NCBI RefSeq assembly: GCF_006345805.1 | Contig: NC_043000.1 | Coordinates: 135,098,001 to 135,162,000 of the forward strand | Reading direction: 5' to 3' | Length of the DNA stretch: 64,000 nucleotides | Origin: Octopus sinensis | Lineage: Eukaryota | Notes under the pieces: model-generated | The model's database searches: none | What the model saw: only the letters and a program-made list of their open reading frames with translations | Told to the model about the DNA's origin: nothing | Part shown: positions 24,164-37,600 of the stretch, piece by piece | Layout of the letters: each line of letters begins with the position of its first letter | How positions within the stretch are numbered: position 1 is the stretch's first letter | Translations under genes and position numbers: made by a program

Positions 24164-24608
24164 TTATACTTCAGATAAATATCTTTATCAAAAGATGAAG
24201 GAATACTTATCGCTCTAAAAATGGCACAAGGTGATCATAATCCCATTCTCTTGTCCGTACATACCTCACTCAACAACCCTGAATGATTCGGTCAGTTTGC
24301 AGTATGAACGTCGAGGCAGTACACGTGCTATGCAGGAATCCCTGAGCCGTGAGCAGCCGATGAGGCAAAAAAGACAGGGAAGAAATAATGAATGCAGCAG
24401 AGATGTGGGCGCAGACTTTGGCAAGAGAGACGAAGACGTGAAGAATATAAAGAGAGACGAGATGTACATTAAGACATTCTATTGACCGACAGCTGTTTCG
24501 CGTCACAGAATTAAATTATTCATAGTGTACTTCTGATATTATATAATTATTCCTCCCCTCGTAACCATCATATGCGTGTTGATATATACGTGTGTATGTG
24601 TGTGTATC

Positions 24609-24682
<74 letters not shown>

Positions 24683-24977
24683 CATGTGTATGTGTATGTG
24701 TTAATATCGCCATCCGTGCATCAGTCTAAATGAATACACACTGTTAGAAGGTATACAGCTACGGGATTGTTCGAGATTGAAATCTCTTCGTAGGCTTGTG
24801 TTAAAACACAATATATATCGGAGCGAGACGAACATTGCCGCTAGTGTGACTCCTGAGAATGACTGCTACATTTGGTTTGTTTTTGAAGCTTGTTAAAGCC
24901 CTGCACTCAAGTTCCAACTACTTAAATGAAATTCGTGCTTCGACATATATAGGAAACAATGACTATAATATTAACTG

Positions 24978-25030
<53 letters not shown>

Positions 25031-25570
25031 AACACACCACACACACACCACACACACACACACAGAAGTAGCATTTAGACTGAAGGTGGAGATGAACCAC
25101 AAAATATTCTTACGCACACTATTTCATTTTTATTTCTAAGCTTATTTAGCTTTGATGTAGGAGGGCCTAAAGTAGTTTGGTTATTGTGGCAATTAATTGC
25201 AATCATAGTACCCACTTTAACCACAGGGTTAATAATTTCCTTACCATTGTTATTAAGGCGGTGTGCTGGCAAAATCGTTAGCACACCTGGCAAAATGTTT
25301 ACCTGCATCTCTTCCGCCTCTTTACGTTCTCAGTTCAAATTCTGCAGAGTTCGACTTTGCCTTTCATCCTTTCTGGGTCGATAAACACTGGAGTTAATGT
25401 AATCAGTTAGTCTCCTCCCCCAAAATTTGAGGCTTCGTGCCTACAGTAGAAAGAATTATGATTATTATTATTATCATTATTGTTGTTGTTGTTGGTTGTT
25501 GTTGTTGTTGTGTTGTTGTTGTTGTGTTGTTGTTGTTGCTGTTGCTGTTGTTGTTGTTGTTGCTGTTGTG

Positions 25571-26108
25571 TGAGAGAGAGCAGCGCATGCCATCAAAGTT
25601 ACACTAGGGTAAAATATATGAAGCCCAATATACCCATCATGACTACATGTCTGATAAGGGTACACCGGGTACATGCAACACAACATATGTGCATGACATG
25701 GTGACACCATATCAAGATAGGCAGCGCAAGACTTTGCAGGTGGGTCCCAGTCAGAATTTTCATCGGGTGGAGTATCCCATCCTACACAAAAGATCCCTGA
25801 ATAACGGTTGTTTAGGGATGTTGAATGAAACACCCATGTTTCCAGAAGTGAATTATTCAAACCCCAAAGAATTCCTCTCAACCCATGGCTATGATGCTCC
25901 CGCACTACTTCTGCTCGTGATCAAAGATGCCCATATCGTCAGCCACCAAGGGACGCGTTCAACCGGTTAAGGGCAAACAACTGACAAACAAATCTGTGGT
26001 ATTGAGCAGAATATTTGCTGTAGCTTGTCTTTTATGCCAAGACAAAACATGTACATGATAACACTTCCAACCAGTTAAGATCAGAAGCCATGAGAGCCAG
26101 TGTCTGGT
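25571..26108 (-). mobile_element. Element E: ~540-bp microsatellite-flanked interspersed repeat (second copy 27392-27927)
   Basis: Homologous to 59653-60209. Flanked by (GTT/ATT)n and (ACT)n. Strand inferred from the (AAT)n end. Confidence 0.8.
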
Positions 26109-26154
26109 TTATTATTAATTACTGCTACTACTACTACTACTACAACTACTACTA

Positions 26155-26192
<38 letters not shown>

Positions 26193-26313
26193 ACTACTAC
26201 TACTACTACTACTAATACTACTACATCTACTACTAATACTACTACAACAACTACTACTACTAATACAACCATTGGTATTATTATTAATGTTATTTATATT
26301 AATAAAATAATAA

Positions 26314-26561
26314 ATGCGCCCTTTTAAGCCTAGCCAGGCTCATAGGCCCGGTTTCCCGGTTTCTATGGCGTATGTGTTCCCCCCAGCTGGACTGGACGCC
26401 AGTCCATCACAGCGTTACTCATTTTTGCCAGCTGAGTGGACTGGAGCAACGTGAAATGAAGTGCTTTGCTCAAGAACACAACGCGTCGCCCGGTCCAGGA
26501 ATCGAAACCACAATCTTACGATCATGGTGCTGACACCTTATTCACTAAGCCACGCGCCTCC
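26314..26561 (-). mobile_element. SINE family D (duplicate at 28138-28383)
   Basis: Minus-strand head ggaggcgcgtggcttagtg...ggtttcgattcctggaccggg. The tail matches that of the family B copies at 19061 and 19566. Confidence 0.85.
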
Positions 26562-26832
26562 ACGTTATATATATTATCATCCTTTTCAAAACACATCGCT
26601 GCCAATTCCCAGTTTTCGTTTTCTATTTTAACTTGGTTTATATAGCTATATACAACCGTAGTAAATTAAATTGTACATGTGCTACTACAATTGATTGTCC
26701 ACCTAAATAACTGCAATACAACACATTGATGTACATGATTCTAATAATGGTACTACGATATACGATATATATATACATATGTGAGTGTATATATATATAT
26801 ATATTATATATATATATATACAAACACACCAC

Positions 26833-26888
<56 letters not shown>

Positions 26889-27314
26889 GTAGCATTTAGA
26901 CTGAAGGTGGAGATGAACCACAAAATATTCTTACGCACACTATTTCATTTTTATTTCTAAGCTTATTTAGCTTTGATGTAGGAGGGCCTAAGTAGTTTGG
27001 TTATTGTGGCAATTAATTGCAATCATAGTACCCACTTTAACCACAGGGTTAATAATTTCCTTACCATTGTTATTAAGGCGGTGTGCTGGCAAAATCGTTA
27101 GCACACCTGGCAAAATGTTTACCTGCATCTCTTCCGCCTCTTACGTTCTCAGTTCAAATTCTGCAGAGTTCGACTTTGCCTTTCATCCTTTCTGGGTCGA
27201 TAAACACTGGAGTTAATGTAATCAGTTAGTCTCCTCCCCCAAAATTTGAGGCTTCGTGCCTACAGTAGAAAGAATTATGATTATTATTATTATCATTATT
27301 GTTGTTGTTGTTGG

Positions 27315-27355
<41 letters not shown>

Positions 27356-28771
27356 GCTGTTGCTGTTGTTGTTGTTGTTGTTGCTGTTGTGTGAGAGAGA
27401 GCAGCGCATGCCATCAAAGTTACACTAGGGTAAAATATATGAAGCCCAATATACCCATCATGACTACATGTCTGATAAGGGTACACCGGGTACATGCAAC
27501 ACAACATATGTGCATGACATGGTGACACCATATCAAGATAGGCAGCGCAAGACTTTGCAGGTGGGTCCCAGTCAGAATTTTCATCGGGTGGAGTATCCCA
27601 TCCTACACAAAAGATCCCTGAATAACGGTTGTTTAGGGATGTGAATGAAACACCCATGTTTCCAGAAGTGAATTATTCAAACCCCAAAGAATTCCTCTCA
27701 ACCCATGGCTATGATGCTCCCGCACTACTTCTGCTCGTGATCAAAGATGCCCATATCGTCAGCCACCAAGGGACGCGTTCAACCGGTTAAGGGCAAACAA
27801 CTGACAAACAAATCTGTGGTATTGAGCAGAATATTTGCTGTAGCTTGTCTTTTATGCCAAGACAAAACATGTACATGATAACACTTCCAACCAGTTAAGA
27901 TCAGAAGCCATGAGAGCCAGTGTCTGGTTTATTATTAATTACTGCTACTACTACTACTACTACAACTACTACTATACTACTACACTATACTACTGCTGCT
28001 GCTGCTGCTGCTGCTACTACTACTACTACTACTACTAATACTACTACATCTACTACTAATACTACTACAACAACTACTACTACTAATACAACCATTGGTA
28101 TTATTATTAATGTTATTTATATTAATAAAATAATAAATGCGCCCTTTTAAGCCTAGCAGCTCATAGGCCCGGTTTCCCGGTTTCTATGGCGTATGTGTTC
28201 CCCCCAGCTGGACTGGACGCCAGTCCATCACAGCGTTACTCATTTTTGCCAGCTGAGTGGACTGGAGCAACGTGAAATGAAGTGCTTTGCTCCAACGAAC
28301 ACAACGCGTCGCCGGTCCAGGAATCGAAACCACAATCTTACGATCATGGTGCTGACACCTTATTCACTAAGCCACGCGCCTCCACGTTATATATATATCA
28401 TCCTTTTCAAAACACATCGCTGCCAATTCCCAGTTTTCGTTTTCTATTTTAACTTGGTTTATATAGCTATATACAACCGTAGTAAATTAAATTGTACATG
28501 TGCTACTACAATTGATTGTCCACCTAAATAACTGCAATACAACACATTGATGTACATGATTCTAATAATGGTACTACGATATACGATATATATATACATA
28601 TGTGAGTGTATATATATATATATATTATATATATATATATAGGAGATAAATAAAAATATGCATACATAACAACATATATGTACGTACCTACATCTACATG
28701 TTATATATACATGCATATATAATAATTATACGGAAGTACAGGACATCACAATAAGACGTATATATATGTGA

Positions 28772-28867
<96 letters not shown>

Positions 28868-29417
28868 GGTGCTTATAATTATCAAGTACTCACCCCGAAT
28901 TTCTATAATATATATATAGATATATATATATATATATCTATGTACATAGAAAGATACATATATGTATGCGTACATATGTGTGTGTGCATATCTATTTTTA
29001 TATATACGTACGTACATATATAATATACATGCATACTTTTATAAACAAACAAACATGCATACACACACATACATTTAACGGATATGATATATATATATAT
29101 ATATATATATATAGATATATATTTCGGTATGTATAGATGTTCATATATATAGACAGTTATTCTGACGTCATGAAGGAATGAAAAGGCGGAAAGGAGGTGG
29201 AGACGAAAATGGAGATGAGGAAGAAGGAAGAAAGCAAAGCAGTCTTTTTTCCTCTCCCACATAAGAATCATTCTTATCTGATGGTAGATGGAATGATTGA
29301 GATTGAAAGTTATTGGCAGGGAATCCGGATGTACTTAAGTATTACCATTACTATCGACATCATTATCATCATTATCATTGACGGCGTCGTTGTTTTCTTT
29401 GTCGTCTCGTAAAAGCA

Positions 29418-29460
29418 TAATACATACATACATACATACATACGTACATACATACATACG

Positions 29461-29494
<34 letters not shown>

Positions 29495-29564
29495 CATACG
29501 TACGTACATACGTACATACATATATACATACATACATACATACATACATACATACGTACGTACA

Positions 29565-29626
<62 letters not shown>

Positions 29627-30135
29627 CATACATACATACATACATACATACATACATACATACATACATACGTACGTACATACATACATACATACGTACG
29701 TACGTACGTACATACATACATACATACATACATACATACATACATACATACATACATACGTACATACATACATACATACATATAATACATACAACATACA
29801 TAACATACATACATACATACATACGCACATACCATACATACATACATATGTACATACATACCTACATACATACATACATACATAATACATACATACATAC
29901 ATACATACGCACATACGTACATACATACATACATAACATACATACGTACATACGTACATACATTACATACATGAAACATACGTACATACGTACATACATT
30001 ACATACATACATAATACATACATACATACATACAACATACATACGTACATACATATACATACATACGTACATACATACATAATACATACATACATACAAC
30101 ATACCACATACATACATACATACATACATACATAC
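29418..30135. repeat. Long (TACA)n compound microsatellite
   Basis: Directly visible. Confidence 0.97.
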
Positions 30136-30413
30136 ATGTATGCACATCTGTACAAGTGGTGAGACCGAATTGTTGAACCTGCTCCAATGGAATCCCTAAA
30201 CATCTGAAGGGTTTCTCTGCACAACAGAGATTTATTGTGAAGAGACAGAGAGTCTGTCTGCGTGTGTTGTCTCACTACATCCTCCTCATTGCTCTTCCGC
30301 CATCAGCTTTTCCCCCCATCTCTCTCTCTATATCTATGTATGTATGTATGTATGTATGTATGTATGTATGTATGTATGTATGTATGTATGTATGTATGTA
30401 TGTATGTATCTAT

Positions 30414-30471
<58 letters not shown>

Positions 30472-30563
30472 CTCTAGTCAATTGTACATAATATATTGAG
30501 CCTATTTTTTAATTTAATGTTTGTTTTTCTGTCATTAATAAAACATTAGGTAGGTAGGTAGAT

Positions 30564-30608
<45 letters not shown>

Positions 30609-30948
30609 GATATATAGATAGATAGATAGATAGATAGATCTGTTTCTTTATTAGCCAACAGGGCTGCACACAGACAGGACAAAATTACAAGGTAGAGCTT
30701 TCTTTTGGGGTAAAAGAAGGGGTTTGGTTTTCGATCAAAAGGGATCGTAAATGGAAAGAAAGAGGACAAAAAAAGAGGGGGGGTAAAAAAGTGGGGGAAC
30801 AAAATTGGATCAATAGGGATCGTTATCACAGAAATGTCAATATGAAGTGTAAAGGGGAGGACAGGTGAGGTTTACCCGTGGAAAGAAAAGCCTACGAAAA
30901 AGACCACGGTAACCTCGGTCAATGAAGTCACATGTTATATTTCTTGAT

Positions 30949-31044
<96 letters not shown>

Positions 31045-31666
31045 GTCTATCTATATTATGAATGAAAAAAACAGCCAATCGGCAGAACCGTTAGAATGTT
31101 AGATAAAATATCTCGCAGTATTTGTTCCGACTCTGCTGAGTTCAAATTTGACTGAGGTCTACTTTGACTTTCATCCTCTCAGGGTCAATAAAATAAAGAA
31201 ACCGTCATGTCCTTGGGTTGACGTAATCGACAATCTCCTCCCCTCGACAAATACTTGCTTTGTACCTGACTTAAAAGAAACGAGATATGTGTGTGTGTGT
31301 GTGTGTGTGTGTGAGTGTATGTGTGTGTGTGTGTCTGTGTGTGTGTGTGAGAGAGAGAGGGGGGGAGAGCTCGGTATATTTAAGGCTTTCATCGGTCAGC
31401 CAATGATCTGACCGTGTATCTGCAATTGGAATGTTCGTTCCTCTCTAAGGTGCAGACTTGAACAAGTTTTATGTGGATGGGTTGGTGAGTATTGCTTTAT
31501 CGAAGACCAATAGTATCCCATGTAGCAAGTTTCTCCTCTGCATGACACAGTTACTCTCTAATGGGAAACACAATGCTCGATCAACTTGGTTCCAATTTCG
31601 TTGTAAGATAACTCTGAACGAACCTGAGCAAACACCGCAAATCTTAAAGAGTAAGCGACTCCGTTA

Positions 31667-31893
31667 GACGAGCTGGCAGAAACGTTAGCACGCTGGGCGA
31701 AATGCTTAGCTGTATTTCGTCTGCCGCTACGTTCTGAGTTCAAATTCCGCCGAGGTCCACTTTGCCTTTCATCCTTTCGGGGTCGATAAATTAAGTACCA
31801 GTTACACACTGGGGTCGATGTAATCGACTTAATCTCTTTATCTGTCCTTGTTTGACCCCTCTGTGTTTAGCCCCTTGTGGGCAATAAAGAAAT
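31667..31893 (+). mobile_element. SINE family C
   Basis: gagctggcagaaacgttagcac...gccccttgtgggcaataaagaaataag. Confidence 0.9.
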
Positions 31894-31959
31894 AAGATAG
31901 ATAGATGCACCAGATTGCGCAAGCACTTTTTAACAAACAAAATTCTCTGCAACTTGGAT

Positions 31960-32216
31960 GGTTGTTGTTTGTTGTTTGTGCCTGGCTCATAAGGGCCGGT
32001 TTCCCGGTTTCTTGGCGTATGGGTTCTCCACCTGGACGGGACGCCGGTCCGTCGCAGGTGAGCTGCAAGATGCAGGAGAAAAGAGTGAGAGAAAGTTGTG
32101 AGCGAAAGAATCAGCAGAAGTTCGCCATTACCTTCTGCCGGAGCCGCGTGGAGCTTAGGTGTTTTCGCTCATAAACACTCACATCACTCGGTCTGAGATT
32201 CGAACCCGCGATACCT
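31960..32216 (-). mobile_element. SINE family B-related, 5'-clipped
   Basis: ggagcttaggtgttttcgctcataaacac and gagagaaagttgtg shared with family B, with a distinct tail. Confidence 0.7.
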
Positions 32217-32388
32217 CTTTTTGTATGTATAAATGCGCGCGCGCGTGTGTGTGTGTCCCGGCACATATATTTGTCTTTTTCGCCAGGGAATTCATTCAAA
32301 CTAGTGAGGCTTTTGCTATAAAAAAAAAAGGTGATCATTTTATTAAACAGCAGAAAAGGGAAGATGGTACGTCATGTGATTGGTACAT

Positions 32389-32770
32389 AAGTTAAGTTAA
32401 GTTAATTTGGCTCAAAAAGCAAAAAGCAAGGCCATGTAGGGGGACATGGAGTTATATACAGGGAGGGTGTTCATGCAAAGAGTTCAGGCCATTTCTGGTC
32501 AAGAGAGACTTTGAACCGAGCGGTCGTCGGCATCTTCACTATCTCGTCCGGCAGCTTATTCCACGGATCCGCAACCCGGACGGAGAAAGCCCCTCTCCTT
32601 CGATTGAGATGAAATCGTCGCAGATAGAGCTTTTCGGAGTGACCCCGCAGCCGACGCTCTGGAGCAGGAGTGAAGAACAGCTCTTTCGAGAGGTTACACT
32701 TTCCGCTTATGATGTTGTGAGCGAGAATGAGATCACCACGGCGTCGTCGTTTTTCTAGAGAATAAAGGTC

Positions 32771-32771
<1 letters not shown>
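32389..32771 (-). mobile_element. CR1-clade LINE 3' end (ORF2 C-terminus, 3' UTR and (AACTT)n tail)
   Basis: LYSLEKRRRRGDLILAHNII...RLRGHSEKL...RRGAFSVRVADPWNKLP is the CR1 C-terminal signature. The frame is intact to its stop, followed by aattaacttaacttaactt. Confidence 0.9.
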
Positions 32772-32802
<31 letters not shown>

Positions 32803-33229
32803 TATCAGGTGCAGTCTGAGAGAGAAAGACAGCCATATCGCTAACAGTCACTTAACGAAGTGTCGAAGTAATTTATTAGTCGTTACCAAGGGAGTAGAAC
32901 TAGATCTTGTACAGATATGGTCGTTGAAAACAAATGAGCTTCAGTAGACATCGGAACACCAACTGCATCTTCACCCATCAGTAGTAGTAGTAGTAGTGGT
33001 AGTAGTGGGGAGAGCAGTGATAGTGGTACGGGTTATAGCAGTAGTAATAGCGTTGTTGTTTTGTGGTCGTGTTTTACTAAAAAAATACGAATCCGCATTT
33101 CCTTTCCGTGATTTGTCAGGCGCGCGCGCACACACTAACGCACACTCGTAAACTTACTCACACACATAATGCGTATCTGTTGGGGGAGTGAGAACGGAGA
33201 AAATGAAAACAAAGTTTGTTTCCATCCGG

Positions 33230-33420
33230 TCTGAAGACTTCAGACAGAAAACTATTTTCCTCAGGATATTGGCACTTCCAAACAATGCCAATTTAAATAT
33301 TGGGTTAATAATGTCTGCTTTATCCATGTCGATGTTTAAAACGGAATGAAATTTTCTTAATGTGTAGACCTGGTTCTCAACTATTACTGGTATCTTATTT
33401 ATATTCTCTAAATGGACACA
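33230..33420 (-). mobile_element. R4/Dong-type (RLE) non-LTR element, C-terminal fragment
   Basis: KLALFGSANILRKIV matches the 'QK.ALLGTA.ILRK.L' end of RLE-type ORFs. Confidence 0.55.
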
Positions 33421-33486
33421 ATGAAGGATGTAAAAAAAAAATTGATTAAAAAATGAAAAATAAAAAAAGATAAAAAATAAACAACC

Positions 33487-33894
33487 AGGAGTGGCTGTGT
33501 GGTAAGTAGCTTGCTTACCAACCACATGGTTCCGGGTTCAGTCCCACTGCGTGGCATCTTGGGCAAGTGTCTTCTACTATAGCCTCGGGCCAACCAAAGC
33601 CTTGTGAGTGGATTTGGTAGACGGAAACTGAAAGAAGCCCGTCGTATATATGTATGTATATATATATATGTGTGTGTGTATGTTTGTGTGTCTGTGTTTG
33701 TCCCCTTAGCATTGCTTGACAACCGATGCTGGTGTGTTTACGTCCCCGTCACTTAGCGGTTCGGCAAAAGAGACCGATAGAATAAGTACTGGGCTTACAA
33801 AGAATAAGTCCTGGGGTCGATTTGCTCGACTAAAGGCGGTGCTCCAGCATGGCCGCAGTCAAATGACTGAAACAAGTAAAAGAGTAAAAGAGTA
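33487..33894 (+). mobile_element. SINE family A
   Basis: Canonical head, microsatellite and tail. Confidence 0.92.
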
Positions 33895-34040
33895 ACCACC
33901 TTCATTTCTTCGGCTATGTTACTTAAATTGATTCAGGTGAATGTACAAAAGCCATAAGATGGTTTGACCTCTTGTTTTTCCAAAATACTTTCGCTTATAT
34001 TTTGATATAATTCAATTTAGAGAGACTTACTATCAATATA

Positions 34041-34634
34041 TATTTCTTTACTGCCCACAAGGGGCTAAACATAGAGGGGACAAACAAGGACAGATAAAGG
34101 GATTAAGTAGATTATATCGACCCCAGTGTGAAACTGGTACTTTATTTATCGACCCCGAAGGAATGAAAGACAAAGTCGACCTCGGCGGAATTTGAACTCA
34201 GAACGTAACGGCAGACGAAATACCTATTTCTTTATTACCCACAAGGGGCTAAACACAGAGGGTACAAACAAGAACAGACAAACGGATGAAGTCGATTATA
34301 TCGACCCCCAGTGCGTAACTGGTATTTTATTTAATCGACCCCGAAAGGATGAAAGGCAAAGAAGACCTCGGCGGAATTTGAACTCAGAACGTAACGGCAG
34401 ACGAAATACCTATTTCTTTATTACCCACAAGGGGCTAAACACAGAGGGTACAAACAAGAACAGACAAAAGGATGAGGTCGATTATATCGACCCCAGTGCG
34501 TAACTGGTATTTATTTAATCGACCCTGAAAGGCAAAGTCGACCTCGGCAGAATTTGAACTCAGAACGTAACGGCAGACGAAATACCGCAAAGTATTTCGC
34601 CCGACGTGCTAACGATTCTGCCAGCTCGCCGCCC
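34041..34634 (-). mobile_element. SINE C trimer inside one TSD
   Basis: 17-bp TSD gagacttac(t/c)atcaata at 34022-34038 and 34638-34654. Internal junctions gacgaaatac|ctatttcttta at ~34223 and ~34409. Confidence 0.88.
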
Positions 34635-37600
34635 TATGAGACTTACCATCAATAGAGATTAGAATACATTTAGTTATGATGCCAGCTGCTGCTTTTCTGA
34701 GCAAACATTTCTAATGGTAAGATTCTCTCTCCACTTGGAGAGTCAATATTGTCTCCCAGAGAGATAAGTGCTGTTTTCTAAGAATTTGTATGAAATGCTT
34801 AATCTTAGGTAGCTACCAACAATTTCTCTGCTTCCTCCTTGGCACGACCAATTATAAGGATTCATTCATTTAAGCAGTATACCGGGCGATCCTATTTTCT
34901 TTTATATTTAATTACTCCCTAATTGCGCTTTGTATTCGGTTTAATTTGTTAATGTTATTTCTACCTAAGTTGGCAGCAGACACTACATACTGGAATAATA
35001 ATTCTTTCTTTATTATGCGGATGTTATAAAGTTCTTTCAGCTTCCACACTTATTAATTCGCTTCCTGCTGACATATGGCCACACAGAGTCATGTTATACT
35101 GAATTTTCATGAAGGCTTCTATACTTTGTCATAATATTTCCACTACTCCTATTTAACATACGTTTGCCGGTTTTTATATAATTAATTATTACTGCTGTAA
35201 TATCATTATCTTTGCCAATATATTTTATGTTTTGTTTGATCATGTCCTGAATAATTGTATGTGCGAAATTTTTAATAAAGATGAAAACTTCTTCACGGTT
35301 TATAATATCTCAGCAAACCTTAGTAAATAGGCATTTGTTTTTATCATTTTTTATTTTTACATACTAACTACATTCTATTCTATTTGTAGCTTCAAACTTC
35401 TCATCAAGTACTGGGACTTAGTAAGAGAATTGTTTTAAGTTCAGTCCAGTAAGTCTCGGGTTGATACAATTAACCACATCAACATGGCAATATTTTTGCT
35501 CAGGAGAGAATTCTTCCTTCAACTCCTCGTCTCTTCCTTCCTACCATCACCATTTGTACCATTGCTATTTATATTATTATTGTGGGTTTTCTACACAATC
35601 TTAGAGTATCGTTACTGATGGTAACAAGGCATTTCTACCTCATCTATGCCAACAAATCTTTATACACGATCCCTATTGATCGGCCCCAATTTTTTTTTTT
35701 TTTTCACAATCCCTTTTGATTGGAATTCGACACCCCCCTTTTTTTACCTTCTCTTCTTCCCAAAAAGAAATGCTCTACTTTGTATTTTGTCCCTTCTGTG
35801 TTCAGCTCTGCGTGACTAATAAAGAAATCTATCTCCGAAGACTTCGTTGGACCTAAGAGCTGAAGTTGAAGAGCACTAGGTCCGAGCTGTTCGGTCGTCG
35901 GGGCTCCACTGACCAGGCCAATTTGCCTATTGGCTGATTTGTTGTCACAGATGAGAGTGATTGCACGGTGTCAATGTAAATATGGGTCGTTTTCAGATTA
36001 TCGTGCAATATCTTTTTCATAATGACTTCTCTAATCCTTTTTAGTGTGTCAGTAACCAACTGGGAGTTTACAATACAACCACATTCAAGAAAATCAAAGA
36101 TATCACACCTACAAAAAATAGTTACCACGAGCTTCTGTGGCGATCACTGGCTCTGGACTTTTTAGCTTTGGAGGAGACCAAGCCTTCGTTTCAGGAAGAT
36201 ACGCTCACATTTCATGCTACTTTCACTAGATCGAAAAGAAAAATATTATCTTCATTTGCTTCAAACGCTTTTAGCCGATCAGAGCAGACGTCCACCCTTC
36301 CTTCCTTTAAATTGAGTGTCAACTATTGAAGTGCTCACTGTGTATCCACTTTCTGTCACCTAAAGTCAGCCACCATCTTCTGCGTTATGATTACAGCAAA
36401 ATGGCGGATTGTGGCTCGTCAGCTAGAGAGAATCAATTCATTCACTCGCTGGCGATATCTGCGCTCGCTGTTGATTGTATCTCATTGAGTGTGTTTTTTT
36501 TCCACGTTAGGTTCTACTTTAAACTTCTTCATCATCTCTCTCTCTGTATATTTTTTTCGTTAATGATGTCATCTCCGTAAACAACCAGTGTCCTTCTGTA
36601 GATGTCGAACAGCTTGCACCTCTCCTTTGTCAAGGACATAAGGACAGTACGTTGCTGCTGCTTGGAAACCATTATTTGCTTGCAATGAAAAGGAGCAAGA
36701 AGAAAACTTGCTCTAGAGCAACAGTTACTCAAACAACATGTGCAGTTTGAACGACGATCATGTTAATAAAAAAATTATCCCCCCTTTTGTATTACTGGTT
36801 TATTCTTCAAGACTATTCTTTGTTTTGGCGTGAACGTACGTTTGCAAGATAGTTCCATAGAATATCCGGATTTGATATATTATACTTGATGGAAAGAAAG
36901 TTTGTTTGGCCTTATATATATATATATATATATTATTAATTTACCAACAGGAGACTTTGACACATTCCAGTTCCCACCCCGTTTAACTACGACGGAATAA
37001 ACAAGTTTTATCCTTGCTTTCGTTTATTTGGTTATTATTTTTTCTTTATCATAGTCTTCTGTATGGCAGTAAGAGATACTAATCATATAGGCTGTAGCAA
37101 CGTACAAATCCTCAAGATTTTGAGAAAAATTCTGAAAATATTTGAAACAAAAAAACAGTTTGTAAAAAAAAAAGGGACAATCAACAAAAGTTTTAACAAT
37201 TAAATAAAGACACAAAATGTTTATGTCATTTATTTCGATGCTTTGTGTTATTACTCTTCTGACAAAATAATGAAATCATTAATTTTTATCATCATCATTA
37301 TCACCGAAGGAAAAATATATCAAAGTATATTACATCAAGGAAAATGTAAAAGAAAAACAAGATATTAAGTTAGATTTAGACAGGGAAATCAGATAATTAA
37401 AAAAAGTTAGTTCGCACATAAATATTTAAGACTGGATAAAGGTGAAACAAAATACATTAATACGAGATACAAAAATGAAAGAAAGAAATTTTGATAAAAA
37501 TGTTAAAAGATTCAATCTACTATGAAAGCCATGACTTTTATGCCAGGCGTAGGAAAATACGATAAATATTCTAGTTTTTAAAACATTAACCTACATCTCC

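Larger units (their letters stand above)
25020..28630. repeat. ~1.8-kb tandem duplication (units ~25020-26820 and ~26821-28630)
   Basis: Same order of unique sequence, SINE C variant, element E and SINE D in both units. Differences are mostly microsatellite length and 1-bp indels. Confidence 0.92.

Noticed and set aside
15740-30491. Long ORFs of MYVC/HTYI/CVCV type in the ORF track
   Set aside because: They are translations of (TACA)n, (CA)n and (TA)n microsatellites, which lack stops in several frames.
33224-33246. gtctgaagacttcagac palindrome containing CTGAAGA
   Set aside because: CTGAAGA is locked in its own hairpin, with no GAAA/stem architecture; it lies at the end of an RLE element ORF.
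34680-35600. N-terminal part of an R4/Dong ORF on the minus strand
   Set aside because: Only vague similarity (EKQQLAS); too degraded to support.
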